From NCBI GenBank assembly GCA_007571275.1, contig RKRS01000234.1:1-37197 (forward strand): a stretch of DNA of 37,197 nt, in the 5' to 3' direction. The position numbers were made by a program, and so were the translations under genes. The notes under the pieces are model-generated. The model saw only the letters and a list, made by a program, of their open reading frames with translations, ran no database searches and was not told the origin of the DNA. Origin of the DNA: Dehalococcoidia bacterium (GTDB taxonomy: Bacteria; Chloroflexota; Dehalococcoidia; Bin125). Positions 22,076-31,963 of the stretch are shown one piece after another (the first letter of the stretch is position 1; each line of letters opens with the position of its first letter).

Positions 22076-23623
22076 ATGAGCACGACTGACTCTGAAGCGA
22101 TATCTGAAATCGTTCAGCACGCAGAATCTTCGGTGGCGGAGAGTCGTCGACTACGCGAAATCATCGCCGAACGCCAGGCCAAAGCGGATTCACTGCGTGA
22201 GAGCGGCATCGATCCGTATCCCCAGCGCAGCGCTCGAACCCATACGCTCGGCGAGGCAATTGACCTCTTCACGGCTCACGAAGCAGAGTCGCCTGAGATG
22301 GACGGGCCGAGGGTCACGCTGGCCGGTCGGATCAGCGCCATGCGCAACATGGGTCGCATCGCGTTCCTCGATCTCGAGGACGACTCGGGCCAGATTCAGA
22401 TTCTTGCGAGTAAGCGTGCGCTCGGTGAATCCTGGGGGTTGTTGGACACGCTCGATCTTGGTGACTTCATTGAAGCCTCGGGGCCACTGATCCGTTCACG
22501 TCGGGGCGAAATCTCAATTCAATCCGATTCCGTGGTCATCCTCAGCAAAACCCTCCGGCCGCCTCCCGAGAAGTATCACGGCTTGCAGGATGTTGAGACC
22601 AGGTATCGGCAGCGGTATCTGGACCTGATCGCCAATGCTGAGGCGAAGGAAGTACTGCGTACGCGCTCTCGAATTGTCTCAGCGATGCGGCGGTTTATGG
22701 AAGAACGGGGCTTCATCGAGGTCGAGACGCCGGTTCTCCAACCGCAGGCGGGCGGCGCCGCGGCGCGACCGTTTCTGACACACCTGAATGCGCTGGACGA
22801 GCCTCGTCAGCTGCGCATCGCGCTGGAGCTGCATCTCAAGCGGCTGATCGTCGGTGGATTCGACAAGGTCTATGAGATCGGCCGGGTCTTTCGCAACGAA
22901 GGCGTCGGTAACCGTTGGAATCCCGAGTTCACCATGCTCGAGAGTTACGAGGCCTATACCGACTACCACGGCGTCGCCGAGATGGTTGAGGCCGCGCTTT
23001 CCCGGATTGCGACCGAAGTCATCGGCTCTACCCGCGTGCCCTGGGGCGAGGGCGAGATCGATTTCACCCCACCCTTTGCTCGCGTGACGATGCTGGACGC
23101 AGTCCATCAACACATCGGAGTTGACTTCCGCGATTATCCGACCGTCGAGGCGATGGAGGGTCTATTGCGCGATCACGGCGTGGCAATTCCTCCCGACGCC
23201 GGCTGGGGCAAGCTGTTTGATGAGCTCGTCTCAGAGCGGGTGGAGCCGCACTTACAGCAGCCGACCTTCCTGCTCGATTACCCGCTTGCCATCTCTCCGC
23301 TGGCCAAACGGACCGAGTATGACGACACGCTGGTCGAGCGCTTTGAGTTGTTCGTCGGCGGCTGGGAGCTCGCCAATGCCTACACCGAGCTCAACGATCC
23401 GGTCGATCAACGTCAACGCTTCGAAGCGCAGCTGCGTCTGAAAGAGGCTGGCGATGACGAAGCGGAGCTGCTCGATGAGGATTTCATCATCGCACTCGAG
23501 CACGGCATGCCGCCGACCGGCGGGCTCGGCATGGGGATGGATCGTCTGGCGATGCTGCTCACCAACTCTCAGTCGATCCGCGACGTGATCCTCTTCCCGC
23601 AAATGCGCCGGTTGTCTGTCTAG
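22076..23623 (+). CDS. lysS: Lysine--tRNA ligase, class II
   Basis: OB-fold N-domain (RVTLAGRI...GRIAFLDLED.SG.IQ), motif 2 (FRNEG...NPEFTMLE) and motif 3 (GGLGMGMDRLAMLL). Confidence 0.95.
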   Translation: MSTTDSEAISEIVQHAESSVAESRRLREIIAERQAKADSLRESGIDPYPQRSARTHTLGEAIDLFTAHEAESPEMDGPRVTLAGRISAMRNMGRIAFLDLEDDSGQIQILASKRALGESWGLLDTLDLGDFIEASGPLIRSRRGEISIQSDSVVILSKTLRPPPEKYHGLQDVETRYRQRYLDLIANAEAKEVLRTRSRIVSAMRRFMEERGFIEVETPVLQPQAGGAAARPFLTHLNALDEPRQLRIALELHLKRLIVGGFDKVYEIGRVFRNEGVGNRWNPEFTMLESYEAYTDYHGVAEMVEAALSRIATEVIGSTRVPWGEGEIDFTPPFARVTMLDAVHQHIGVDFRDYPTVEAMEGLLRDHGVAIPPDAGWGKLFDELVSERVEPHLQQPTFLLDYPLAISPLAKRTEYDDTLVERFELFVGGWELANAYTELNDPVDQRQRFEAQLRLKEAGDDEAELLDEDFIIALEHGMPPTGGLGMGMDRLAMLLTNSQSIRDVILFPQMRRLSV

Positions 23624-23651
23624 CGACCAGGCGATCAGGGCAGCGCGCGGG

Positions 23652-24938
23652 CTAGATCGCATCTCGCGTGAGTCCGGCTTGGACGAACTCATCGATCTGC
23701 GCTTGCTCAAAACCGAGTTCACTCAGAATCTCGCGTGTCTCGCTGGCGAATGGTTTGGTCGCCGGCGGCTGCTGAAAGCCGTCGCGATCCAGCGCGACCG
23801 GCGGCGCGAGGATGCGCACATGACCGAGCTGCGGATGATCCAGGTCGTAGAGCATGTCATTCGCAGCTACTTGCGGATCGTCAAGAATTTCGAATGGCAA
23901 GAGCACGCGAGAGGCCGGCACACCTGCCCGGGCTAACACGGTTTCCCACTCAGACGTTGTGCGCTCCGATAAACGTTGCTCCGCGGCCTGCTGGAGCCTG
24001 GGGTAGTAGTCGGCATCCTTGACCTCATCGCCAGCGTGTGGGTCGTTGAGGCCGATTGCTTCGATAAAGGCGGCGCGAAGCTTGCGGCTTCCGCAGGCGA
24101 CCGCCAGCCAGCCGTCAGCAGTCGTGTAGGTACGGAAATAGATGTCAGCCATCGTCCGAGCGCGAGCCGATGGCTGTGCAGAGCGTTGCTCGTCGTAGCT
24201 GGCGCCTCGCGCACGCAGCTCCGATAGCAATTGTCGGGACTCGTCGTGGATCGGTCCATCCGCCGATTCGACGCGCAGCATCTGGTTGTTGTTGAGTGTC
24301 ATCGCTGCCTGCATCAACGACGCGTGCACCTCGCCGCCCTTGCCGGTCATCGTGCGACGATAGAGAGCAGAAGCGATGCCGAAGGCCAGCGACATCGCCG
24401 CCATATAGTCCGCGCTGACCGGGTCGCCGCTGAGCGGACGACCATTTTCTTGGCGTCCATTGGCGACCATCAGTCCACTGCGTGCCTGGACCACGATATC
24501 CATGCCGGCCAGACCAGCGTCCGGGCCGTAGCGACCGAATGGCGTGACCGTCGCGATCACGAGTCGCGGATGTTTCTCGCGTAGCGTGTCAGCATCGAGT
24601 CCGAATTGTTCAGCCAATCCGGGGCGAAAGTTCATCAACGCCACGTCGGCACGGCTGAGGAGCGCCTCGATGATCGTCGAGGACTGTGGATGTCGAAGAT
24701 GCAGAGGGAGCGAACGCTTGCCTCGGTTGCGAGACAGATAGATGCGTGATTCCATCGGCGCGAGTTGCGCTAATCGACGCGTCGGGTCGCCCTCCAACGC
24801 TTCGATCTTGATGACCTCTGCGCCTCCCTCGGATAACAGCTGCGCGGCGAACGGCACAGCGACAAACTGTCCGAATTCCACCACCCGAATACCATCGAAC
24901 GGCTGCTCGCCGACTGCATCCGACGCATTACTGGACAT
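23652..24938 (-). CDS. Family III CoA-transferase (CaiB/BaiF type)
   Basis: GIRVVEFGQFVAVPFAAQLLSEGGAEVIKIE N-terminal signature and the typical length. ATG 24938 is the likely start (the track starts at 24980). Confidence 0.85.
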   Translation of the reverse strand: MSSNASDAVGEQPFDGIRVVEFGQFVAVPFAAQLLSEGGAEVIKIEALEGDPTRRLAQLAPMESRIYLSRNRGKRSLPLHLRHPQSSTIIEALLSRADVALMNFRPGLAEQFGLDADTLREKHPRLVIATVTPFGRYGPDAGLAGMDIVVQARSGLMVANGRQENGRPLSGDPVSADYMAAMSLAFGIASALYRRTMTGKGGEVHASLMQAAMTLNNNQMLRVESADGPIHDESRQLLSELRARGASYDEQRSAQPSARARTMADIYFRTYTTADGWLAVACGSRKLRAAFIEAIGLNDPHAGDEVKDADYYPRLQQAAEQRLSERTTSEWETVLARAGVPASRVLLPFEILDDPQVAANDMLYDLDHPQLGHVRILAPPVALDRDGFQQPPATKPFASETREILSELGFEQAQIDEFVQAGLTRDAI

Positions 24939-24995
24939 TCGGCACTCCATTTCGTCACGCTTCGAATGCGACGCTAGCACCTGGACCCGAAATAC

Positions 24996-27446
24996 ATGAA
25001 CGATCGCTACGCCGAGGTCGCCGTTCTCACTGGTAGCCCGCAGCGTGGATCGTTCACGTATGCCGTCCCCGAGGGGATGGATCTGCGTCGCGGCATGTCG
25101 GTCGTTGTGCCCTGGCGGAGCAGATGGGGGCTGGGGATCGTGCTGGAAGTGGTGTCGGAATCAGCGATTGGCGATCCACGACAGATTGAGCGCGTCCTTG
25201 ATGCTGAACCATTGCTCACGTCGGGCCAGTTGGAGCTTGCTGACTGGATCGCGTCCCGTTACCTCGCGCCTGTCTCAACCTGCGTTGCGCTCTTCCTCCC
25301 GCCGGGCGCTCCTGCCCGAGCTCGCAAATCGGCAGCCAGCTTTCGTCCACTCGTGCCCGCCATCCCGGCGATGCCCACGCGACTCATGCCCGCCATCACG
25401 AGTAGCCAACTTCGGGCAGTGATCGAGCATTGGCCCGGGAGCAAGAACTCGAGACCAGCCAAGCTGTTGACACTGTTGGCGAACGCAGACACGTCCATGC
25501 TCGAGGCCGCGCAGCTGTTCGGTGGACGCAAGGCGCTGGATGAGTGGTTGGCCACGACCTCGATGGTCGTTCGCCTCGATGACTCGCTCAGGCTCGCTGT
25601 TTCCTCTGAAGACGCGAGATCAGCTGCCGATTCCCTGCGCCGCACCGCGCCGGAACGTCGCCAACTCTCGTTGCTGCGTCTGCTCGAGGCCGGTGAAATA
25701 GACGAGTCGCAGGCCAGGCGTCAGAGCGGAGCGACTGGCTCCGATATTGATTCCCTTGAACAAGCTGGCTATCTGAAGCGGATCGAAGATGTTCCGCAGC
25801 CCAATAGCGATATGCAGGCTGCGCTATCGCCCCCCGTACTGACCGAAGAGCAACTCGCTGCCACCAATGAGATCCTGGGGGCGCTCGACGAACCGGGCGG
25901 ACAGACCTTCTTGCTACACGGCGTTACCGGCAGCGGCAAAACCGAGGTCTACCTGTCCGCAACGGAGCGGGCGCTGGCTGACGGAGGCGGCGTGATCGTT
26001 CTGGTTCCCGAGATTGCCCTGGCGCCGCAAACGATCGCTCGATTTGCAGCGAGATTTCCCGGCCAGGTGGCCGTGCGACACTCGCGCCTCTCGCGGCGTG
26101 ACGCTCAAGAGCAGTGGAGACAGGTCCACGCCGGTGAGAAACGCATCCTGATCGGCGCGCGTTCCGCCCTGTTCGGGCCGGTCCGCGACCTGCGTCTGAT
26201 CATCGTCGATGAAGAGCATGAGTGGACTTACAAGCAGCAGGATCCGCAACCCCGTTACCACACGACCATGGTCGCCCGAGAGATGGCTCGATCCTGGGGT
26301 GCGGTCACGGTACTCGGATCAGCGACGCCCGACGTCGTCTCGATGGCGCGCGCTCGCTCCGGGCGCGACCGTCTCTTGAGCTTGACCATGCGAATCCACT
26401 CTGAAGGCCGCCGACCGGTGGTCATTCCGCAGCCGGTGGTCGATGTGGTTGATATGCGCGATGAGTTGGCCGCTGGCGTACGCTCCGTCTTTAGTCGAGC
26501 GATGGACGCCGCGATCTCTGAAGCGCTACAGCGAGAGGAGCAGGCGCTGCTGTTCCTCAATCGCCGTGGGATGTCGGCGTTGGTCTGCCGGGCTTGTGGC
26601 GTGGCGGTCGAGTGCGAACGCTGCTCCATTGCGATGACGCTCCATCGACCGGGACCATTCCTGCAGTGCCATGAATGCGGTCAACGACAGCCAGCGCCGG
26701 AGCAATGTCCCACATGTTTTGACCCGCGCATCGGCGCAATGAGTTTCGGCACGGCGCAACTGGAGTCTGAGCTGCGCCGCCGTTGGGGAGATGTGCCGAT
26801 CACTCGCTGGGATCGGGACACCACATCCGCGACTGGCTCGCATGAGGCGTTACTCAAGGAGTTCTCAGCGGGACGCTCGCAGGTGCTGATTGGCACGCAG
26901 ATGATCGCCAAGGGGCTGGACTTGCCGAGAGTGACGCTCGCGGGAATCATCAACGCGGATCTATCGCTCCGCGAGTCGGATTACACGGCGTCGGAGCGGA
27001 CGTTCCAGCTGCTCGCGCAGGTGGCCGGTCGGGCAGGACGCGGCGCGCTGGGCGGGCGCGTGATTATCCAGACGTACGCGCCCGATCATTTCGCCATCGT
27101 CGCGGCGGCCGCTCATGACTACGACGCGTTCTATCAGCCCGAGATGCGCTTACGCGCAGCGCTCGACTATCCGCCGTTCGGCCGCCTGGCCAGATTGACC
27201 GTTGCACGTTCCACGATCGCAGAAGCGGACGCCGAAGCTGATCGCGTGATTCGAGAGTTGACAGCGTTGCGCGACCACACTCCCGGCGCAGTGGCGGAGG
27301 TCATCGGTCCGGCGCCAGCGACGCCGGCCAGGCGGCGAGATCAGTGGCGGCGACAGGTGTTGCTCAAGGGCGATAATCCAGTTGCATTGCTTGTCCGTCT
27401 GGAGCTTGCTCGTGGTTGGTCGGTTGACATCGACCCAGTTGGTTAG
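24996..27446 (+). CDS. priA: Primosomal protein N' (replication restart helicase PriA)
   Basis: Walker A HGVTGSGKTEVY, the DEEH box, Cys-rich zinc region (CRACG...CERC...CHECG...CPTC), and a helicase C domain. Confidence 0.9.
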   Translation: MNDRYAEVAVLTGSPQRGSFTYAVPEGMDLRRGMSVVVPWRSRWGLGIVLEVVSESAIGDPRQIERVLDAEPLLTSGQLELADWIASRYLAPVSTCVALFLPPGAPARARKSAASFRPLVPAIPAMPTRLMPAITSSQLRAVIEHWPGSKNSRPAKLLTLLANADTSMLEAAQLFGGRKALDEWLATTSMVVRLDDSLRLAVSSEDARSAADSLRRTAPERRQLSLLRLLEAGEIDESQARRQSGATGSDIDSLEQAGYLKRIEDVPQPNSDMQAALSPPVLTEEQLAATNEILGALDEPGGQTFLLHGVTGSGKTEVYLSATERALADGGGVIVLVPEIALAPQTIARFAARFPGQVAVRHSRLSRRDAQEQWRQVHAGEKRILIGARSALFGPVRDLRLIIVDEEHEWTYKQQDPQPRYHTTMVAREMARSWGAVTVLGSATPDVVSMARARSGRDRLLSLTMRIHSEGRRPVVIPQPVVDVVDMRDELAAGVRSVFSRAMDAAISEALQREEQALLFLNRRGMSALVCRACGVAVECERCSIAMTLHRPGPFLQCHECGQRQPAPEQCPTCFDPRIGAMSFGTAQLESELRRRWGDVPITRWDRDTTSATGSHEALLKEFSAGRSQVLIGTQMIAKGLDLPRVTLAGIINADLSLRESDYTASERTFQLLAQVAGRAGRGALGGRVIIQTYAPDHFAIVAAAAHDYDAFYQPEMRLRAALDYPPFGRLARLTVARSTIAEADAEADRVIRELTALRDHTPGAVAEVIGPAPATPARRRDQWRRQVLLKGDNPVALLVRLELARGWSVDIDPVG

Positions 27447-28255
27447 AGCGCTTCAAATGCGACCCTGACCGCGACGATCAGCATGCCGATTGCCAGCAGG
27501 CGGGAGAGCATGGACTCGCGCAGTCGCGCAGCGACTCGCAGCCCGATCGGGTTCGCGAGCATCGCTCCAATCAGTAATGGCGGCACGTCGTTGAGCGGAT
27601 CGCCAAAGTGCTGCGTCGCCGTGTGATAGATCACCACGACAAACGCGATGCTGGTGACGATCGCGTGGGAGGCGGGCACACCCAGCCAGGCGGGCATACG
27701 CATCACGCGAACCGTGATCGTGGCGAAGAACAGCCCCCCACCGATGCCAGCCAGCGAGGTCAGCACTGATGTCAGGCCGACGATCCCCAGCGAACGCCGG
27801 ACCGGAATCCAGTAGAGATACAGATCGCCGCGCCCGTCGCGAATCATCCGTCGCCAGCCACGTTGCCCGAGTGTGCCCGCATTCCCGGTCGGTCGCAGGA
27901 TCAGATAACCGCCGAGTCCTGCGAGCAGGACGGTGAGCCCGGCGGCGAAGATCTCGCGCGGCAGCTGCGCGGTACCGGTTGCCCCGACCAGGCCCGCTGG
28001 CGCCGCGATCGCCGCAGCCATGCCAACGGCGCGATAGTCGATCCGCTTCTCCCGCGCGAGCCGTACGGTCGCCAGCCCTGACGAAGCGAGCACCAGGCAC
28101 ATCGAGGCAAGCGCCACCTCGGCCGGGCTTGTTTCTGGGTGTCGGGTCAGCAGCACGGGCGCGAACAGGAAGCCGCCGCCGGCTCCGACGGCGGTGGCGT
28201 AGACGCCGACAGCGATTCCCACGCCAATCAGCGCGACGAACTCCAGTGCATCCAT
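27443..28255 (-). CDS. TauE/SafE family sulfite/anion exporter-like membrane protein
   Basis: 270 aa, about 8 TM helices, with repeated GxGGG(F/L) motifs (GAGGGFLFAP, GIGGGLFFA). Its stop overlaps the priA stop (convergent). Confidence 0.75.
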   Translation of the reverse strand: MDALEFVALIGVGIAVGVYATAVGAGGGFLFAPVLLTRHPETSPAEVALASMCLVLASSGLATVRLAREKRIDYRAVGMAAAIAAPAGLVGATGTAQLPREIFAAGLTVLLAGLGGYLILRPTGNAGTLGQRGWRRMIRDGRGDLYLYWIPVRRSLGIVGLTSVLTSLAGIGGGLFFATITVRVMRMPAWLGVPASHAIVTSIAFVVVIYHTATQHFGDPLNDVPPLLIGAMLANPIGLRVAARLRESMLSRLLAIGMLIVAVRVAFEAL

Positions 28256-28298
28256 CTGTGCAGGCTAGGACGCGCTTGCCCGGCGCCGGGTCATCGCG

Positions 28299-28967
28299 CT
28301 ACTGCTTGGGAATCCTGGGGAGCAGCCAGCTGAGGAACGCGTCCTGGCTGCGCGTCTGCATGTAGAACCGGCCCGGACCCTCCAGCTTGCAGACTAGCCC
28401 CTCGCCTGAGAGCAGCGTCGTCTTCCAGCCGCCTGAACGGCCGACGCTGTACTTGACCGATTCATCAAAGGCGACCATATGTCCCGTATCGACGGTGTAC
28501 TCCTCGCCGACCCGCAATTCCTTCAGATGAATCGCACCGTAACTGGATAGGAAGAGCAGACCGTAACCGCTGCAGCGAAGCAGGATCAGTCCTTCGCCGG
28601 AGAAGAAACTCTTGGCTCCGCCCCACGATGTATCGACCTCGATGTCGGTCGTAGCCGCCAGAAACGAGCCTGACTGCACGAGCACCGAGCCGCCGTTCAT
28701 CTCGATGACCTCGATGTCGCCTGGCAGTCCAGGAGCGATGGTGACCTCGCCTGTCTGCTCGGCGGTGAAGGTGTTGATGAAAAAGCTCTCGCCGCCAAGC
28801 ACAGAGCGTTTGAGGCCGCCGAGCAGCCCGCCCCTCATTCCGGTATCGATCGAAATGCTGGCCGACATCGAAACCATCGCTCCAGCTTCGGCCTGCAACT
28901 GTTCGCCCGAGGCCAGTTCAATGCGTCCGAGCGCATATGACGGTCTGTGAAGGATTTCGTATCGCAC
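28299..28967 (-). CDS. AIM24 / TIGR00266 (DUF124) family protein
   Basis: 222 aa with an MRYEILHRPSYALGRIELASGEQLQAEAGAMVSMS N-terminus and the family's Gly-rich beta-rich repeats. Confidence 0.7.
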   Translation of the reverse strand: MRYEILHRPSYALGRIELASGEQLQAEAGAMVSMSASISIDTGMRGGLLGGLKRSVLGGESFFINTFTAEQTGEVTIAPGLPGDIEVIEMNGGSVLVQSGSFLAATTDIEVDTSWGGAKSFFSGEGLILLRCSGYGLLFLSSYGAIHLKELRVGEEYTVDTGHMVAFDESVKYSVGRSGGWKTTLLSGEGLVCKLEGPGRFYMQTRSQDAFLSWLLPRIPKQ

Positions 28968-29012
28968 GATGTACTGATTCCTGTTCTAAGCCGGGTCGTT
29001 CACCCGATCTTG

Positions 29013-29873
29013 TCAGCTGTAGTCACGCATGAATTGGCGGATCGCCTCGAGCGTGGCGGGAAGCTTCTCGGGCGAGCGGGCGTCAACATCGAGGCAGCGG
29101 GCATTTGGAGCCTCATTGCAGATGCGATGTCCAATGCCGGTGGGATGGAACGGGTCAGCGCCGGGGATCACGAGCATCGGCGAGTACGTGCGCTGCACGG
29201 CGACCTCATTCACGGCGAAGTACGGCGGGTTGGCCGGCCACATGCCGTCGCGGAACTCGACCACCAGCGCGATGTATCCCTCACGCCGAATACTGCGCAC
29301 GGCATCGGCGAACAGCGGCTCGTCGTGGATACGCTGGGCGAACGGTCCGGCCTCGTTGTTCTGCATGAAGATCGGGTCGCGCTGCGCCGCCTCGATCACC
29401 GCTTCCAATCCCTCCGCGCGACAGAGACGGATGGTGGGATTGAACATGTCGTAGAAGGTCTCGGGCGAGTTCGTCTGATCGAGCCCGACCGGGTCTTGCA
29501 TGATCACGCCGGCAATCCTCGCGGGCGCCTGGTCCGCGATTCGCAGCGCGTAGGCGCAGCCGATGCAACCGCCCATGACGTGCGCTCGCTGAACGCCCAG
29601 ATCGTCGAGCACCGCAATCTGGTCTTTCATCGCCTCGTCATAGCTGAAGGCGGTGAGTCCGGTCCTGGACTGTCCACAGTGCCGCTGGTCCATCCCAATC
29701 ACGGTGAACTCATCTGAGAAGGACGCAATCGGATTGATAATCGAGCGCCGCCAGAATCCGATCTGCGAGTTCACACCGCCTGGCGCGAACAACAGCAGGG
29801 GAATCTCGCTGTTGCCCTCACCAAACACCTCGTAGTGAATGGTCGTGCCGTCGGGTCGCATGACTTCAGCCAT
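29013..29873 (-). CDS. Alpha/beta-fold hydrolase with a G-x-C-x-G nucleophile elbow
   Basis: 286 aa. LLFAPGG oxyanion region, and HVMGGCIGCAY at the position of the usual GxSxG elbow. Confidence 0.7.
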   Translation of the reverse strand: MAEVMRPDGTTIHYEVFGEGNSEIPLLLFAPGGVNSQIGFWRRSIINPIASFSDEFTVIGMDQRHCGQSRTGLTAFSYDEAMKDQIAVLDDLGVQRAHVMGGCIGCAYALRIADQAPARIAGVIMQDPVGLDQTNSPETFYDMFNPTIRLCRAEGLEAVIEAAQRDPIFMQNNEAGPFAQRIHDEPLFADAVRSIRREGYIALVVEFRDGMWPANPPYFAVNEVAVQRTYSPMLVIPGADPFHPTGIGHRICNEAPNARCLDVDARSPEKLPATLEAIRQFMRDYS

Positions 29874-30024
29874 CAGTCGCCTCCTGCATGTGTGCTCAAC
29901 TCAGACGTTGGTCAGATCGTGCGCCGCGCGCCGAGAAGTCGATCAAAGTCTAAAGTGACGACGTTATCCTGTGACTGAGGAAGCGCCGCCCGAGCGCTGT
30001 CTCGCCAACATGTGGAGAACCGAC

Positions 30025-31350
30025 ATGGTGATTGCCGAAGTCCCCGCACTGACAGTCGACACGGTCGATATCACTGACTCCGATCGCTATCGCGATGTTG
30101 GCTACCCATGGGCCGAGTGGGATTTGCTGCGCCGGGAGGCGCCGGTCTATTGGTATCAGCGGCCCGGCTTCGAGCCCTTCTGGGCGATCACCAAGCACGC
30201 CGATATCCGCTTCATCTCGTCGCATCCGGATCTGTTCTCCAATACGCAGATGTTGCGTCTGAACACGGCCAAGAAGCTCGGTTCGGCTCAGCGCCAGCGC
30301 ACGGCCGGCACAAACCGCACCGGTGGTCACCCGGACGATCCGCCTGACTTCATCTACATGGACCCGCCGGAGCATCGTCAGCATCGCGGTCTGGTGGCGC
30401 GACACTTCACGCCGCGGATGATGAAGATGTTGGAGGACCACTTCGCCGAGATGGCGGAGAACTACGTCTCCGACTTCGCCGACAAAGTCGTCGCCGATTT
30501 CGCGGAGCGTGGATCAACGTCAGCGGTCGATGTGGTGCACGAGCTCTCGGCCAAACTGCCAGTCGCCGCGATCTGTTCGATGGGTGGCGTGCCGGAGGAA
30601 GACTGGGACCAAATTTTCAAATGGACAGAGGTACTGGTCGGCGCGGACGATCCGGAGTATCGACTGCCGGGAGAGACGCCAGGCCAGGCGACGCAGCGCA
30701 TTGCGGTTGAGTGGTTCCACTACAACAACAACCTGATCGAAGAGCGCAAACGCAACCTTGGCGATGACCTGCTCAGCGACCTGCTCCGCGCCGAAGTCGA
30801 TGGCCGCCAGCTGACGCCCGCCGAGATTCACGGCTACTTCGTCCTGTTGCTGGCAGCCGGTAACGAAACGACCCGCAACTCGATCTCCGGCGGGGTTAAG
30901 GCGCTGATCGACCACCCGGAGCAGATGCAGATGCTGGTCGACGACGCCTCGCTGGTACCCTCGGCGGTCGAGGAGATTCTCCGCTGGACATCCATCGTGA
31001 TCCAGTTCCAGCGCACCGCCGTCGAGGATGTCGAGCTGCGCGGTCAAACGATCCGCAAGGGCGAGTCGGTCGTACTCTGGTATCCCTCAGCCAACCGCGA
31101 TGAAGATGTCTTCGCAGATCCCTACAAGTTTGACATTCTGCGGCATCCGAACGATCACTTCGCCTTCGGCGGCTACGGCGAGCACTTCTGTCTGGGCGCC
31201 AATCTCGCCCGTTGGGAGATGCGCTCGATCTTCCACGCCCTCCGACCGATTCTGCCCCAGCTGGAGCTCACGGCAGACCCGGAGCACGTGATCGGGTTCC
31301 TCCACGTCGGCGGGATCAAGCGTCAGATGGTCCGCTACCGCCCTCGGTGA
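30025..31350 (+). CDS. Cytochrome P450 (CYP124/125-like), paralogue 1
   Basis: I-helix LLLAAGNETTRNS, ExxR (EEILRW), heme loop FAFGGYGEHFCLGANLAR. ATG 30025 was chosen by colinearity with paralogue 2 (MVIAEVPALTVDT vs MVTAERPTLTLDT) and has GGAG upstream. The track start is 29971. Confidence 0.9.
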   Translation: MVIAEVPALTVDTVDITDSDRYRDVGYPWAEWDLLRREAPVYWYQRPGFEPFWAITKHADIRFISSHPDLFSNTQMLRLNTAKKLGSAQRQRTAGTNRTGGHPDDPPDFIYMDPPEHRQHRGLVARHFTPRMMKMLEDHFAEMAENYVSDFADKVVADFAERGSTSAVDVVHELSAKLPVAAICSMGGVPEEDWDQIFKWTEVLVGADDPEYRLPGETPGQATQRIAVEWFHYNNNLIEERKRNLGDDLLSDLLRAEVDGRQLTPAEIHGYFVLLLAAGNETTRNSISGGVKALIDHPEQMQMLVDDASLVPSAVEEILRWTSIVIQFQRTAVEDVELRGQTIRKGESVVLWYPSANRDEDVFADPYKFDILRHPNDHFAFGGYGEHFCLGANLARWEMRSIFHALRPILPQLELTADPEHVIGFLHVGGIKRQMVRYRPR

Positions 31351-31379
31351 GGCGGTCGCAGAAACAGAGGCGACAAGCA

Positions 31380-31952
31380 ATGAGCAGGGTCCCTCGACTC
31401 AAGCAGTTCGAATTTCATCGCGAGAAGCTCGCTGAGCTGATCCTGTACATCTCGGAGCAGTGTGCCGATGATCCTGCGTACGGCGCTGTGAAGCTCAACA
31501 AGATTCTCTACTACGCAGACTTCGACGCTTATCGGCTCTTGGGCGCTCCGATCACCGGTGCGCAGTACCGCAAGCTTTCCGAAGGTCCGGCGCCAAGAGA
31601 TCTGGTCGAAGTCAGGATGGAGCTTGAGGACGCGGGTCGGTTGCGGCTTGAGGAGCGGCAGTGTTTCAATCGGATGCAAAAGCGGCCGGTCGTGGTTGAG
31701 GGTCAAGGGGCGAACGTCGAGCTGTTTTCCCGGGAAGAGTTGAGCGCGGTTCAGGATGTAATCGCGTTCTTTTTCGGCAAGTCAGCCCGCGAGGTTTCCG
31801 ACTACTCGCATCGGGAACCCGGCTGGATTCTGGCTGAGGATCGCGAGGACATCCCTTACGAAACGGCTTGGCTGGACGGTGATCCAATCGATCAGGAGAC
31901 GGAGGAGTCCGCCGTGAGAGTCGGAATGGAATTGCTCAAAGCCCGCAGATAG
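31380..31952 (+). CDS. Panacea-domain (DUF4065, SocA/GepA-like) putative antitoxin
   Basis: 190 aa from ATG 31380. KLNKILYYADFDAYRLLGAPITGAQYRKLSEGPAPRDL matches the DUF4065 core (KLxKLLYxxD...G.P...xYxxxxxGPxP). The later block reads LSAVQDVIAFFFGKSAREVSDYSHREPGW. The track ORF start at 31212 is an out-of-gene extension overlapping the P450. Confidence 0.7.
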   Translation: MSRVPRLKQFEFHREKLAELILYISEQCADDPAYGAVKLNKILYYADFDAYRLLGAPITGAQYRKLSEGPAPRDLVEVRMELEDAGRLRLEERQCFNRMQKRPVVVEGQGANVELFSREELSAVQDVIAFFFGKSAREVSDYSHREPGWILAEDREDIPYETAWLDGDPIDQETEESAVRVGMELLKARR

Positions 31953-31963
31953 GAACATCGACC

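Noticed and set aside
27453-28100. 215-aa - strand ORF (Arg-rich) inside the TauE/SafE gene
   Set aside because: It is an alternative frame of the same strand. The TauE frame encodes coherent TM helices and GxGGG motifs, whereas this frame is Arg/Ala/Asp low-complexity.
28947-29717. 256-aa + strand ORF
   Set aside because: It is antisense to the alpha/beta hydrolase CDS and the AIM24 gene start. It is a typical high-GC shadow ORF.
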